Part shown: piece after piece, positions 8,386 to 17,914 of the stretch
Position numbering within the stretch: the first letter of the stretch is position 1
Layout of the letters: each line of letters opens with the position of its first letter
NCBI GenBank assembly: GCA_963844035.1
Contig: CAWJMT010000036.1
Coordinates: 96,001-160,000, forward strand
DNA: 64,000 bases
Reading direction: 5' to 3'
Source: an uncultured Gemmatimonadales bacterium
Lineage (GTDB): Bacteria > Gemmatimonadota > Gemmatimonadetes > Gemmatimonadales > GWC2-71-9
Program-made: the position numbers and the translations under genes
Notes under the pieces: model-generated
What the model saw: the letters and a program-made list of their open reading frames with translations, nothing else
What the model was told of the DNA's origin: nothing
The model's database searches: none

Positions 8386-10332
8386 TCAGCGCTTCTTCCA
8401 CACGTTGTTGTCCCGCCGCACGTCGGGAAGGTCCATGTCCGGGTCGATTTCGACCTTGACGAGATCAGCGGGGGCGGGTCGGACGTACACGTAGCGGTTC
8501 CCCTGAAACCAGACCTCGATCGGGAGCCGGACGCGCGCGGTCGAGTCGTTGGCATACGTCAACTTCAGATCCACGGGCATCGGCAGGTCCCCGCGACTCG
8601 ACAGGATAACCCCGGCGTACGGGGCCCCACTCTTGTCGCGCACCGTCGCGGCCGAATCGATCGCGAGGTCCACGACGTCGTTCGTATAGAACCATCCGCG
8701 CCAGAACCACGAGAGATCCTCGCCCAGCCCGTCTTCCATGGTCCGGAAGAAATCAGCGGGCGTGGGGTGGCGATACGCCCAGCGCCGGATGTACTCGCGG
8801 AACGCCGCGTCGAACCTGGTGGTGTCGTCCGCGATCTGGTGCCGCAACAGATAGAGTCCAACGGCCGGCTTGTTGTACGCGACCTGGCCGAGCTGCTGCG
8901 GATCGATGCGATCGGGCGGGAAGATCGGCGGCTGGTCGCGGCCGGTAGCGGCGATTCTCGCCCAGTTCTGCGTGTCGCCCCGATTCCGATCCCACTGCGA
9001 GTCGGGGTAGAACGAGCGTACCGAGTAGATGTTGATGAAGGTATTGAACCCCTCATCCATCCACGCGAACAGGCGCTCGTTCGACCCCACGATCATCGGG
9101 AACCACTGGTGCCCCAGCTCGTGGGTGGTGACGGAGTAGAGGGCGAAGCCGGTGGCCTGGTCGCCGCAGAACACGATCATGGGGTACTCCATCCCCCCCA
9201 CGGGCCCCGCCACGTTGATGGCGGTGGGGTAGGGGTACCGGAACCACCGTTCCGAATAGTGCTCGATGGTGTGGCGGGAGTACTTGGTCGAGTTCTCCCA
9301 GTCGCGGTCGGCTTCGGGGGTATAGACCGATTGGATCAGGATGCCCTCCCAGCCGCTCGCGTCCCAGATGAAGTTCGGCGCGGCCGCCCAGGCGACGTCC
9401 CGGACATTTTTCGCGTTGAAGCGCCACGTGAGGGTCGGGCTGGCACCGGCGGGCCGGGTTGAGGCCTGGCCCGCCTCGCTCCTCGCGATGATCAGGACGG
9501 TGGTGTCGGATTTGAGGGCCTGGGCCAGGCGTGACCGCTGGGTGGCGGTCAGGACTTCGGTCGGGTTGGCCAGCGTCCCGGTCGCGACGACGACAAAGTT
9601 GCGCGGCACGGTGATCTCCACGTCGAAGTCACCGTATTCGAGGTAGAACTCTCCCTGCCCCAGGTACTGCTCGGTGTTCCATCCCCGTACGTCGTCGTAC
9701 ACGGCCATTCGGGGATACCACTGCGCCATCTCGTATAGCCACCCGGTGTCATAGTGCTCGCGACCCATGCGGTCGGAGCCGTGCTCGGGGATCTGGAATG
9801 AGTACGCGATCGCGAATTCCACGGCGCCTCCGGGCGGGAGGGGGCGACTCAAGTCGATCCGCCCCATCGTCCCGTTGACCGTGAGCGCGAGCGCGGTCGT
9901 CTTGACCGGCTTCCCCGCCGACCGCGAGATCGCTTCGACCTTGGATATCACGTAGCCGCCATCGAACCCGGCGCCGGCGAACCGCGCTCCGGGCGGATTG
10001 AGCGCGGTGCCACGGCTGTCATCCCGGTAGATGTTCTGGTCCAGCTGAACCCAGACGTAGCGCAGCGTATCGGGTGAGCGGTTGGCGTACCGCACGGTGA
10101 CGCGGCCGGTGAGCGTGTGGGCGCCGGTGTCGAGCGACGCCCGAATCGTGTAGTCCGCCCGTTGCTGCCAGTATTCATGCCCGGGGGCACCCGACCCGGC
10201 GCGCACGGGGCTCGCCGCGGGGAGCTCGAGGCGCCGGAAGGGGGACGTGTCGCCGACCTGAGGCGGCAGCGCAGGAAGCGCAGGCTGCGGCTGCTGCTGA
10301 AGGGCGGCGAGTACGAGCGCGAATGCGAGCAT
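8386..10332 (-). CDS. M1-family metallo-aminopeptidase
   Basis: GGMEYP, HELGHQWF...WMDEG zinc motif and a signal peptide. Confidence 0.95.
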   Translation of the reverse strand: MLAFALVLAALQQQPQPALPALPPQVGDTSPFRRLELPAASPVRAGSGAPGHEYWQQRADYTIRASLDTGAHTLTGRVTVRYANRSPDTLRYVWVQLDQNIYRDDSRGTALNPPGARFAGAGFDGGYVISKVEAISRSAGKPVKTTALALTVNGTMGRIDLSRPLPPGGAVEFAIAYSFQIPEHGSDRMGREHYDTGWLYEMAQWYPRMAVYDDVRGWNTEQYLGQGEFYLEYGDFDVEITVPRNFVVVATGTLANPTEVLTATQRSRLAQALKSDTTVLIIARSEAGQASTRPAGASPTLTWRFNAKNVRDVAWAAAPNFIWDASGWEGILIQSVYTPEADRDWENSTKYSRHTIEHYSERWFRYPYPTAINVAGPVGGMEYPMIVFCGDQATGFALYSVTTHELGHQWFPMIVGSNERLFAWMDEGFNTFINIYSVRSFYPDSQWDRNRGDTQNWARIAATGRDQPPIFPPDRIDPQQLGQVAYNKPAVGLYLLRHQIADDTTRFDAAFREYIRRWAYRHPTPADFFRTMEDGLGEDLSWFWRGWFYTNDVVDLAIDSAATVRDKSGAPYAGVILSSRGDLPMPVDLKLTYANDSTARVRLPIEVWFQGNRYVYVRPAPADLVKVEIDPDMDLPDVRRDNNVWKKR

Positions 10333-10371
10333 TGTGGTGTCCTCGGTGTCGGATTCGAACAGCGGGGGACT

Positions 10372-11329
10372 CTACGTGGTACGTGCCGGCGCCTCGGCGG
10401 TTTCCGCCGCCTCTCCGAGGTATCCGCCGGCCACTCCGCCAACGACCATCGCCAGGCCGAGCCAGCCGATCGACGTGAGATGCTGGCCCAGCAGGAAGAA
10501 CGCGAGCAACGTGCCAAGCACCGGCTCGACCGTCGCTGCGACGGCGGTTGGCGCTGCGTCGATGCGCTTGAGCGCCGCAAAGAACAGGAAGTTCGCCGCG
10601 AGCACGGGTCCCAAGGCGAGCAGCGTCACAAAGGTCCACGCGCTCGCGCCCTGCGGGCGCACGAGCGGATAGCCGGCGAGCGGGAGCACGATGCCGAGCA
10701 CGAAGATGGCGCCGGCCATTTCGAGAAACAGCACCTGGCGCGCGCCGTAGCGCGGGACGGTATAGCGGGCGACCAGCGTCATCCCGGCGTACGCGACCAT
10801 GGCGAGCAGTCCGCCCGCGATCCCGGCCACCAGGCTCGGGAGGGGGATCGCCGCTGCTCCCGCGCCGTGGCTGCCGCCCTGCACGGTGAACGCCGCGCCG
10901 GCCATCACGACGAGGGCGAGCGCGATCCGCCGGACCGTGAGCTTTTCCCCGAGGATGGGCTTCGCCAGCACCGCAACCAGGACGGGCGCGATGTAGAGGA
11001 GCGCGGCCGCGCCCGCGACGCCGGTGCCGGCGATACCGAACTGGTACGCGACCTCGAACAACGCGGTCAGCGTGCCGCCCGCGAACCCGGCGATGAGCCA
11101 GGCCTTGGGCTCAACGCGAAACAGCTCGCGGTGAAATAGACCGTACACGAGCAATCCGACGAAACCGAGCACGAGTCGCCAATAGCCGATCCCGGTGATC
11201 TGCTCGCCTGCCCGATACAGGAGCGGTGGAGAGCGGGCCGGTCGTTCCCCACACGGCACCGGCTGAGAGCGCGAAGAGATACCCCGCGAGACGGGAAGGG
11301 CGGGCGGCGGTGGGGGTAGTGGTTGTCAT
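10372..11329 (-). CDS. EamA/DMT transporter (frameshift near 11220)
   Basis: The N-terminal piece (LFALSAGAVWGTTG) and the main piece (LLYIAPV...LGEKL...VEPV) lie in different frames. Confidence 0.88.
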
Positions 11330-11351
11330 GCGCGTGGAGCGGAACGATAAC

Positions 11352-12140
11352 TCACACGAGCGTGCCGCGCAGCACGGTCACGGCCTGGCCGCCCAGGATG
11401 ACGCGGTCGCCTTGTAACCGCGTGCGTACGACTCCGCCGCGCGCTGATGCCTGATATGCCAACAGCTCCGACTTGTGGAGCCGGGCGGTCCAGTAGGGGG
11501 CCAGCGCGCTGTGCGTCGACCCGGTCGTGGGATCCTCGTTGATGCCGCACGCCGGCGCGAAGAAACGGGACACGAAGTCGAACGGCGGTGTGGCGGCGCG
11601 GCTCGTCACAATGATCCCGCGGGTGTCGATGCGTGCGAGCACGCTGAAATCCGGAGCCAGCCGGCGGACCGTGTCTTCGCTGTCCACCTCCACCAGGTAG
11701 TCGAAGCGGCTGCGACCCACCGCATGGGGCTGTACCCCGAGGCCCTCCACCAGGCCGGGCGGCGTATCGGCTGGAGTCGCGACGGTGGCGGGGAAATCGA
11801 GCTCGATCCACGCACCGCGCCGCTCAGCGACGAGCAGTCCGCTCTTGGTGTGGAACCGCGCCGGTGCCGCCGGGGCGAGGTGGCCGCCCTCCCACAGCAC
11901 GTGGGCGCTGGCGAGGGTGGCGTGGCCGCACAGGGCTACTTCGACGGTGGGCGTGAACCAGCGAAGCTGGTAGCCATCGTCCGCGCGATGCAGGAAGGCT
12001 GTCTCGGACAGGTTCATCTCCCGTGCGACGTCCTGCATCCAGCGCTCATCGCGCGGCGCGGGGAGAATGCACACCGCGGCCGGGTTGCCGGCAAACGGTT
12101 TGTCGGTGAAGGCGTCGACCTGGACGATCGGGAGTTCCAT
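11352..12140 (-). CDS. PhzF-family isomerase
   Basis: QVDAFTDKPFAGNPAAV, EMNLSETAF, LCGHATLA and EDPTTGS. Confidence 0.95.
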   Translation of the reverse strand: MELPIVQVDAFTDKPFAGNPAAVCILPAPRDERWMQDVAREMNLSETAFLHRADDGYQLRWFTPTVEVALCGHATLASAHVLWEGGHLAPAAPARFHTKSGLLVAERRGAWIELDFPATVATPADTPPGLVEGLGVQPHAVGRSRFDYLVEVDSEDTVRRLAPDFSVLARIDTRGIIVTSRAATPPFDFVSRFFAPACGINEDPTTGSTHSALAPYWTARLHKSELLAYQASARGGVVRTRLQGDRVILGGQAVTVLRGTLV

Positions 12141-12146
12141 GGCGCG

Positions 12147-12902
12147 TCAGGCTGGTGTGAACCGATTCAGCGCCGCGCGCTCGTCCGGTGTCAGGGTGGC
12201 GCCCGTCGCGCGCTTCTTGAGCAACCGCTCGACTTCCTCACGGTTGACGGGGTGCAGGTCCTCGAGGCGGATCTTGGCCCACTGCTCGGAATCGGACGAC
12301 GCGGAGTCGGGACGGTCCGGGGTCGCCGCCATCCGCGCTCGAAATTGCGCGGCGGGGGAGCGACGCTCCATCCAGGTGAGGTACACGAAGCCGCCGAGGA
12401 ACCCGCCGAGGTGTGCGAAATGTGCCACGCCCGGTTGCACGCCACCGAAGCCGCCGGAGAGCGACAACGCCGTCATGCCGACCACGAACCAGCGCGCCTG
12501 AATCGGAACGACGCCCCAGAGATACATGAGCGCGCGCGGCCAATAGCGGGCGTAGCCGAGCATGACACCGAACACGGCGCCGGACGCGCCCACGATCGCG
12601 GCGTGTGGCTGGAACGCCAGGGACGCGAGCGCACCGACCAGGCCGCTGACGCCATACAGGGCGACAAAGTGCTGCCCGCCGAGCCGGGCTTCCACGCGCG
12701 GCCCGAAGAAATACAGGGCGAGCATGTTGAAGGCCAGGTGCCAGGGTCCGGCATGGAGAAACATGTACGTCACGAGCGTCCAGGGACGCATCGGGATCAG
12801 TGCCGGGACGAGGACCAGGGCCTGGGGGACAGTCGGGAGGGCGATGCTCAGCAGGAACATGCCTACGTTCAGGACGATCAGGCGCTGGACCCACGACGTC
12901 AC
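12147..12902 (-). CDS. Rhomboid intramembrane serine protease
   Basis: TYMFLHA, HLAFNM, GASG and AHFAHLGG motifs. GTG start at 12902. Confidence 0.93.
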   Translation of the reverse strand: MTSWVQRLIVLNVGMFLLSIALPTVPQALVLVPALIPMRPWTLVTYMFLHAGPWHLAFNMLALYFFGPRVEARLGGQHFVALYGVSGLVGALASLAFQPHAAIVGASGAVFGVMLGYARYWPRALMYLWGVVPIQARWFVVGMTALSLSGGFGGVQPGVAHFAHLGGFLGGFVYLTWMERRSPAAQFRARMAATPDRPDSASSDSEQWAKIRLEDLHPVNREEVERLLKKRATGATLTPDERAALNRFTPA

Positions 12903-12913
12903 AAAGGCGCTCC

Positions 12914-13549
12914 CTAGCCTGCGGCGACTTTCGGCACCGTTCCGAACCGCCGTTCGCGGGCGCGGAATTCCTCGAGGGCAGCCGCCAATTCCGCGGCGCC
13001 GAATTCCGGCCACATCCGCTCGGTGAAATGCAGCTCGGCGTAGGCGCATTCCCAGAGGAGAAAGTCGCTGAGCCGCTGCTCCCCACCGGTGCGGATCAGC
13101 AGGTCGACATCGGGCAACAGGTTTCCGGTGGCGATTGCCCAGCGGGCCGAGTAGTCGACGGCGAGGCGGAGGTGCAGCGTGGTTCCGGCCGCGGTGGCCA
13201 ACTCCGCATCCTCCATCGCGGCGACGAGCGGCGCCGGGAGGCGGTCGCGGCGCCCCACGATCTCGAGATGCACACCGTTCTTGATGAGCCGCGGCGTTTC
13301 GGTGCGAAGGTGGCGGGCGAACAGCCGCATCAGGGCCGAGACTTCGTTCGTCGGCCGCTTCCAGTTGTCCGCCGAGAAGGCGAACAGCGTCAGCCCGCCG
13401 ACGCCGAGCGCCGGCGCCGCCTCGACGAGCGGGCGCACCCCCTGTGCACCGGCGCGATGGCCAGCAGTGCGGGGAAGTCCCCGGCGCGTTGCCCAGCGAC
13501 CATTGCCGTCCATGACGATGGCGACATGCAGGAGTCCGGCGGCCGGCAT
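12914..13549 (-). CDS. uppS: cis-isoprenyl (polyprenyl) diphosphate synthase, short UppS-like
   Basis: [24 protein letters not shown] and [18 protein letters not shown]. The ATG at 13549 overlaps the upstream stop (TGATG). Confidence 0.88.
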   Translation of the reverse strand: MPAAGLLHVAIVMDGNGRWATRRGLPRTAGHRAGAQGVRPLVEAAPALGVGGLTLFAFSADNWKRPTNEVSALMRLFARHLRTETPRLIKNGVHLEIVGRRDRLPAPLVAAMEDAELATAAGTTLHLRLAVDYSARWAIATGNLLPDVDLLIRTGGEQRLSDFLLWECAYAELHFTERMWPEFGAAELAAALEEFRARERRFGTVPKVAAG

Positions 13550-13917
13550 CAGCGCTCGCGCGTGGCCCGAATCAGGGCCTCCATGTGGTCGAGATAGCGC
13601 TCGAGCGCCCGGCGCCCGATGGCAGTCAACCGATACTCGGTTTTCGGCATGCGCCCCGCGAACGACTTGGTGCACCGCACGTACTGCGCCTCCTCGAGCT
13701 TGCGCGCGTGCGCGCTCAAGTTCCCGTCGGTCGTTTTGAGCAGACGCTTCAGGTCGTTGAACGTCAACGTCTCGTTGACCGCGAGTCCGCTCACGATCGC
13801 CAGCCGGACGCGCTCGTGGATCAGGCGGTCGAGTTTCGGCGCCTGAGCGCGGGCCACGGCCGGGGCCACGGCGCGGTCAATGGGCTGGGATCGCCGGATC
13901 GAGGTGACCTTACCCAC
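13549..13917 (-). CDS. Winged-helix transcriptional regulator (MarR/ArsR-like, HTH_34 type)
   Basis: [17 protein letters not shown]...[18 protein letters not shown]...[13 protein letters not shown]. Confidence 0.9.
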   Translation of the reverse strand: MGKVTSIRRSQPIDRAVAPAVARAQAPKLDRLIHERVRLAIVSGLAVNETLTFNDLKRLLKTTDGNLSAHARKLEEAQYVRCTKSFAGRMPKTEYRLTAIGRRALERYLDHMEALIRATRER

Positions 13918-14521
13918 CGTACCTCCGTGCGATCACGGCGCCGAACACGAGGTGCAGCCCGCCGAACCCGGCCGCCATGCACCAGTTCCCCCACGCCGCC
14001 GGGCCGAACAGGGCCACGGCGCCGACAAGCATGAAACAGAGCCCCATCACCGGTACGATGCGCACCGACACCGCGCCCGTCGTCGCGACGCCGGCGCCGT
14101 ACAGCATGAGCCAGGACCCGGGCAGCGCGTGCGGCACGCCGGCGCGAAACAGCCAGACCGTGAGGAGTCCGGCGACCACGACGGGAGGGAGAAAGCTGAG
14201 GCCGAAGCGGCGAGCCGGACCGGACAAGATCGGGTCGTTCGCCGCGTGCGCCTTGCGGGCGAGGGCCCAGCCGCCGATCACGAGCGCTACTACCGCCTCC
14301 GCGAGCCATACGGCGAGCCAGAGCTCGACGGTGGGTTGGCGTGCGGCGAGCGCCGCGGCAATGAGCGCCGTGGTGCCGACGGCCACGCCGCCCCATCCGG
14401 GCACTGCGGTGAATGCGCCGGCGCGCTCCATCGTTTCCCTGATGAAGCGCAGGTTGTCCATGGCACGGTCGTGCAGCGCGGGGGGATCATTGCGGTGTGG
14501 CGCAGGACGGGGCCGGAACAT
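13910..14521 (-). CDS. Conserved multi-pass membrane protein
   Basis: AMDNLRFIRETMERA followed by about six hydrophobic segments. First gene of the HTH/uppS operon. Confidence 0.8.
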   Translation of the reverse strand: MFRPRPAPHRNDPPALHDRAMDNLRFIRETMERAGAFTAVPGWGGVAVGTTALIAAALAARQPTVELWLAVWLAEAVVALVIGGWALARKAHAANDPILSGPARRFGLSFLPPVVVAGLLTVWLFRAGVPHALPGSWLMLYGAGVATTGAVSVRIVPVMGLCFMLVGAVALFGPAAWGNWCMAAGFGGLHLVFGAVIARRYGG

Positions 14522-14527
14522 GGGGGC

Positions 14528-14576
14528 AGGCTAGCGACGCGGGCCCATGTTTGTCAAGTACTTTACGGCACAAAGT
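14528..14576 (-). promoter_or_regulatory. Leaderless sigma70 promoter with inverted-repeat operator
   Basis: Minus strand reads TTGACA (14557-14552), N18, TAGCCT (14533-14528), N6, ATG (14521). ACTTT-N7-AAAGT sits at 14560-14576. Confidence 0.65.
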
Positions 14577-14580
14577 GAAA

Positions 14581-15786
14581 CTAGGTTGTGGAGGCGGGCT
14601 TCCGCAGCCGCAGCACCTTGAGCGACAAGCTGCGGGCGAGAATGCCGATGCCGCCCGCGTCGCCGTCGCGCCGCGGCACGGCGCGGTAGATGAGAACGAC
14701 GACGATCCAGGTCAACCAGCTTACCCGCTCGGGCCATGTGAGCGACCGGAGCATGAACCAGGGCTGGCTGAATGCCGCGGTCCACGGCTCCCACGAGCCC
14801 TGGAGCAGCGCGAGGGGACGCGCGAGCACGTGGTTGGCCTCGTAGCCGTGATGGCTGGGGCTGGCGACGTTCCACATGCAGGTCGCCTTGCCCCAGCCGT
14901 GGTTGTCGCTCGCGCCGACCAGCACGAGGTCGTGCTGTTGGGCGAGGGTGACCACGCGCGCGCGGGCTTGAACAGGGAACCCGATCGCCTTCGGCGCGCA
15001 GTTCACGATCTCGAACCCGTCCAGGCCCGCCTTGACGAAGGCGTCGAGATCGTCCCAGTGGTTGCGCCAGTATTCGGGGAGAGAAGCGATGGTGATGGCT
15101 CCCCGGCGGTGCAGTTCGGCGAACACTCCGAGCATCGAGCGCGTGTCGCGGTTGTAGGGGTCGCGGTCGATCGGTGTGAGCTGGCCGAGCGCCACGATGT
15201 GCTGGCCCGAAACGCTCCACTCGGCACCCTGCAGCAGGACGAATGGATCGTCCACCCGCCCATCGAACACGTGGTTATGGTCCGTCACGTACGACGCGGC
15301 GAACCCCTGCGCGGCATGCCAGTGCGCGAGGTCCAGCGCACTCCAGCCGGGACGCCCGTCGTGCGACTCCTCGGTGTGGGCATGATAGTCGATCACGGTC
15401 ATGGCGGAGTCGGTGGCGACAAGCCGCGCCACCGGGCGGGGCAGGGCCACCGTGGCGGCGGCCACCGCGACGAGCATGAGGGGACCCAGCACCGCGCGCG
15501 TCATTCGACGCGCCAGGGTGCCGGACCGCAACGCGCCCCAGAGGGCGAGGGCGACGGCCCACACCGCAAGGAGAACGCGCGCGCGCTCGATGCTCAAGAA
15601 CGTGAGCCCGTCGAGCACGTCGGAAAGGGGCGCGACGACGACGTACGCCAGCGGTCGAACCAGCTCGGCGTCGACTGCGGGTGCGCCCGAGACGGCATCG
15701 ACCAGGGAGGGGAGCGGGTCAAGCGCGCTGACGAGCACGAGCGCAATCAGGGCGATCGTGATCGGGTAGCGGCGCGCGGCGTTCAC
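14581..15786 (-). CDS. Membrane-anchored PHP-domain metallophosphoesterase
   Basis: DYHAHTEESHDG, VTDHN, GAEWS and ASDNHG motifs, with flanking TM helices. Confidence 0.8.
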   Translation of the reverse strand: MNAARRYPITIALIALVLVSALDPLPSLVDAVSGAPAVDAELVRPLAYVVVAPLSDVLDGLTFLSIERARVLLAVWAVALALWGALRSGTLARRMTRAVLGPLMLVAVAAATVALPRPVARLVATDSAMTVIDYHAHTEESHDGRPGWSALDLAHWHAAQGFAASYVTDHNHVFDGRVDDPFVLLQGAEWSVSGQHIVALGQLTPIDRDPYNRDTRSMLGVFAELHRRGAITIASLPEYWRNHWDDLDAFVKAGLDGFEIVNCAPKAIGFPVQARARVVTLAQQHDLVLVGASDNHGWGKATCMWNVASPSHHGYEANHVLARPLALLQGSWEPWTAAFSQPWFMLRSLTWPERVSWLTWIVVVLIYRAVPRRDGDAGGIGILARSLSLKVLRLRKPASTT

Positions 15787-15851
15787 CCCTAGAATCCTCG
15801 TGTGAGAGCGATGGAAGCTATGCCTGAGTGTGCGGTCGTGTCGAGCCTGCG

Positions 15852-16349
15852 GTGACGGACTATGGCCAACTCCCCAACCTTGTCCTCGGCCCCCTGACTG
15901 GGCGTCCCGACACGGATTGGCACCGAGCCCCTCCAGGGAAATGGTGCCCGGGGCAGATCGTCGAACACCTCACCCTCTTGCTCGAGTACAGCGCGCGAAC
16001 CTTCCAATCGCGCCGCGCCAAGGAAACAATGCGGCGCCGGGCACGCAGCCCCCGGGAGTGGGCCGGGTACCTCCTCGTGTTGCGAATGGGATGGATCCCG
16101 AGCGGGTGGCGGGCGCCGGCGCCGGTGCGGCCGGCCGAGCATCCAGAGCGGACTGAAATGGAGCGGCGCTTCCGGGAAGCGGTCGAGCGGTGCGCGGTTC
16201 TGGAGCGCGAGCTCCTCCCGGCCCGCGCTGGCGACTTGTTCGTCAAACACGCGGTGCTGGGCGATCTGACGATCCCTGAGTGGGGGCGCTTTCACATGCT
16301 GCACTGCGCGCACCATGCCCGGCAGATCCGGGCCCGGCTCGCCGCATGA
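15852..16349 (+). CDS. DinB/YfiT-family protein
   Basis: WHRAPPGKWCPGQIVEHL...KHAVLGDL...HCAHHARQI. GTG start at 15852. Confidence 0.85.
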   Translation: MTDYGQLPNLVLGPLTGRPDTDWHRAPPGKWCPGQIVEHLTLLLEYSARTFQSRRAKETMRRRARSPREWAGYLLVLRMGWIPSGWRAPAPVRPAEHPERTEMERRFREAVERCAVLERELLPARAGDLFVKHAVLGDLTIPEWGRFHMLHCAHHARQIRARLAA

Positions 16350-16504
16350 GTCGGAGCAGGAAGGACAAGCTCACGGTCCGGGTCCCGAACCCCGAGGCGC
16401 CGGTCAAAGAGCGCCTCAAGACGCCGTCGCACAAGGTGCACCGCTCGAAGAAGGGATATCAGCGGCAGGAAAAGCACCGGCGGGGCCCGCTGGACAAGGA
16501 ATAG
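16346..16504 (+). CDS. Small basic protein (52 aa) with an ArfA-like C-terminal motif
   Basis: ATGA overlap with the dinB stop. Sequence MSRSRKDKL...KVHRSKKGYQRQEKH. The next gene starts 4 nt after its stop. Confidence 0.6.
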   Translation: MSRSRKDKLTVRVPNPEAPVKERLKTPSHKVHRSKKGYQRQEKHRRGPLDKE

Positions 16505-16508
16505 GACC

Positions 16509-17681
16509 ATGGCGCATTTCAACTACCTGATCGTCGGCGGTGGCATGACCGCCGATGCCGCCGCGCGCAGCATCCACGCCGTCGACGAGACGGGCGCGAT
16601 CGGCATCATCGGTGCGGAACCGGATCGGCCCTACAATCGCCCGCCGTTGTCCAAGGGCCTATGGAAGGGTGAGGCCGAGGACACGATCTGGCGCAAGCCG
16701 GAGGTGCCCGGCGTGACCCTGCACCTCGGGCGCCGCGTGGTGAATCTCGACCCCGCCGGCAAGCGCGTCACGGACGATAGCGGCGCGACGCACACCTTCG
16801 ACCGGCTGCTGCTGGCCACGGGCGGCGCGCCGCGCCGTCTGCCGTTCGAATCCGATCGATCATCTACTTCCGGACCCTGGCTGATTACCGGCGTCTCCGT
16901 GCCCTCGCGAATCAGAAGCCGCGTTGCGTGGTCGTGGGCGGCGGGTTCATCGGCAGCGAGGTGGCGGCGGCGCTCCGGATGCAGGGGTGCGAGGTCGCGA
17001 TGCTTATCCCCGAGGCGGGGGTGGGCGCGCGGGTGTTTCCCGCGGACCTGTCAGGGTTTCTGGCCGACTACTATCGGGAGAAGGGCGTGGAGGTGCGGAC
17101 GGGCGAGGGGGTGACCGGCGTCGAGGACCGGGCAGGGAAGGCCGGGCTGCGGACGACGCTCGGCAAGGAGCTCGCCGCCGATGTCGTGGTCGCGGGCCTC
17201 GGGATTCAGCCAAGCGTCGAGCTGGCGGAGCGGGCGGGGCTCAAGGTGGATAACGGCATCGTGGTTGACGCACACTGTCGCTCCAGCCATCCGTCCATCT
17301 ACGCCGCCGGCGACGTGGCGAACTTTCACAACCCGGCGCTCGACGCTCGGATGCGCGTGGAGCACGAGGACAATGCCAACACGATGGGGAAGGTCGCCGG
17401 TGAAAACATGGCGGGGCAGGCCACGCCCTACGACCACCTTCCGTTTTTCTATTCCGATCTTTTCGACCTGGGATACGAGGCGGTGGGTGACCTCGACGCA
17501 CGGCTGGAAACGTTCTCTGACTGGAAAGTGCCGTTCCGCGAAGGCGTCGTGTACTACCTCAAGGGCTGGCCGAGTGCGCGGAGTCCTGCTGTGGAACACG
17601 TGGGGACAGGTGGACGCTGCGCGGGCCCTGATCGCACAGCCGGGTCCGTTCAAAGCTGGGGACTTGAAAGGCCGGTTCTAG
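16509..17681 (+). CDS. FAD-dependent NAD(P)H oxidoreductase, ferredoxin-reductase-like (frameshifts ~16858 and ~17567)
   Basis: IVGGG, PYNRPPLSK, LLLATGG, VVGGGFIGSE, IYAAGDVA, RVEH, PFFYSD and GVLLWN, spread over three frames. Confidence 0.9.
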
Positions 17682-17779
17682 AACCGAAACCCCACCGCCA
17701 GATTGTAATGATTGTCGGTGAACTCTCCTGCGCTATAGGTCGTCGCGAGCCGGCGGTACGCGAGTCCGATCACCAGCGG
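17678..17779 (-). pseudogene. C-terminal remnant of an outer-membrane beta-barrel protein
   Basis: Minus strand reads PLVIGLAYRRLATTYSAGEFTDNHYNLAVGFRF*, i.e. amphipathic strands with a terminal Phe. No upstream gene body is recognisable. Confidence 0.55.
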
Positions 17780-17790
17780 AGGCTGCGATA

Positions 17791-17914
17791 GGCTAGACGC
17801 GGACATGCAAATGCTAGACGCATAGACGGGCAGCGGCTTACAGTCGTAAGCGGTCAGGACAAGCGCTTCCTGCCCCCTTCGGACGGTTCACCACTGCGCG
17901 TCTATACGTCTACC
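17791..17914. repeat. Octamer inverted-repeat element with internal hairpins
   Basis: GCTAGACG CATAGACG (17813-17828) is mirrored by CGTCTATA CGTCTACC (17899-17914). Internal hairpin GCTTAC-AGTC-GTAAGC at 17836-17851. Confidence 0.5.

Noticed and set aside
7312..9462. 716-aa alternative-frame ORF, and similar long ORFs at 11475-12917, 28015-29601, 29598-31154, 38408-39916 and 61525-62871
   Set aside because: These are Arg/Gly/Pro-rich, motif-free products expected from stop-poor alternative frames in high-GC DNA, and they overlap well-supported genes.
11352..12140. PhzF gene as a sign of a phenazine cluster
   Set aside because: No phzA/B/D/E/G genes are nearby, and stand-alone PhzF-like isomerases are widespread.
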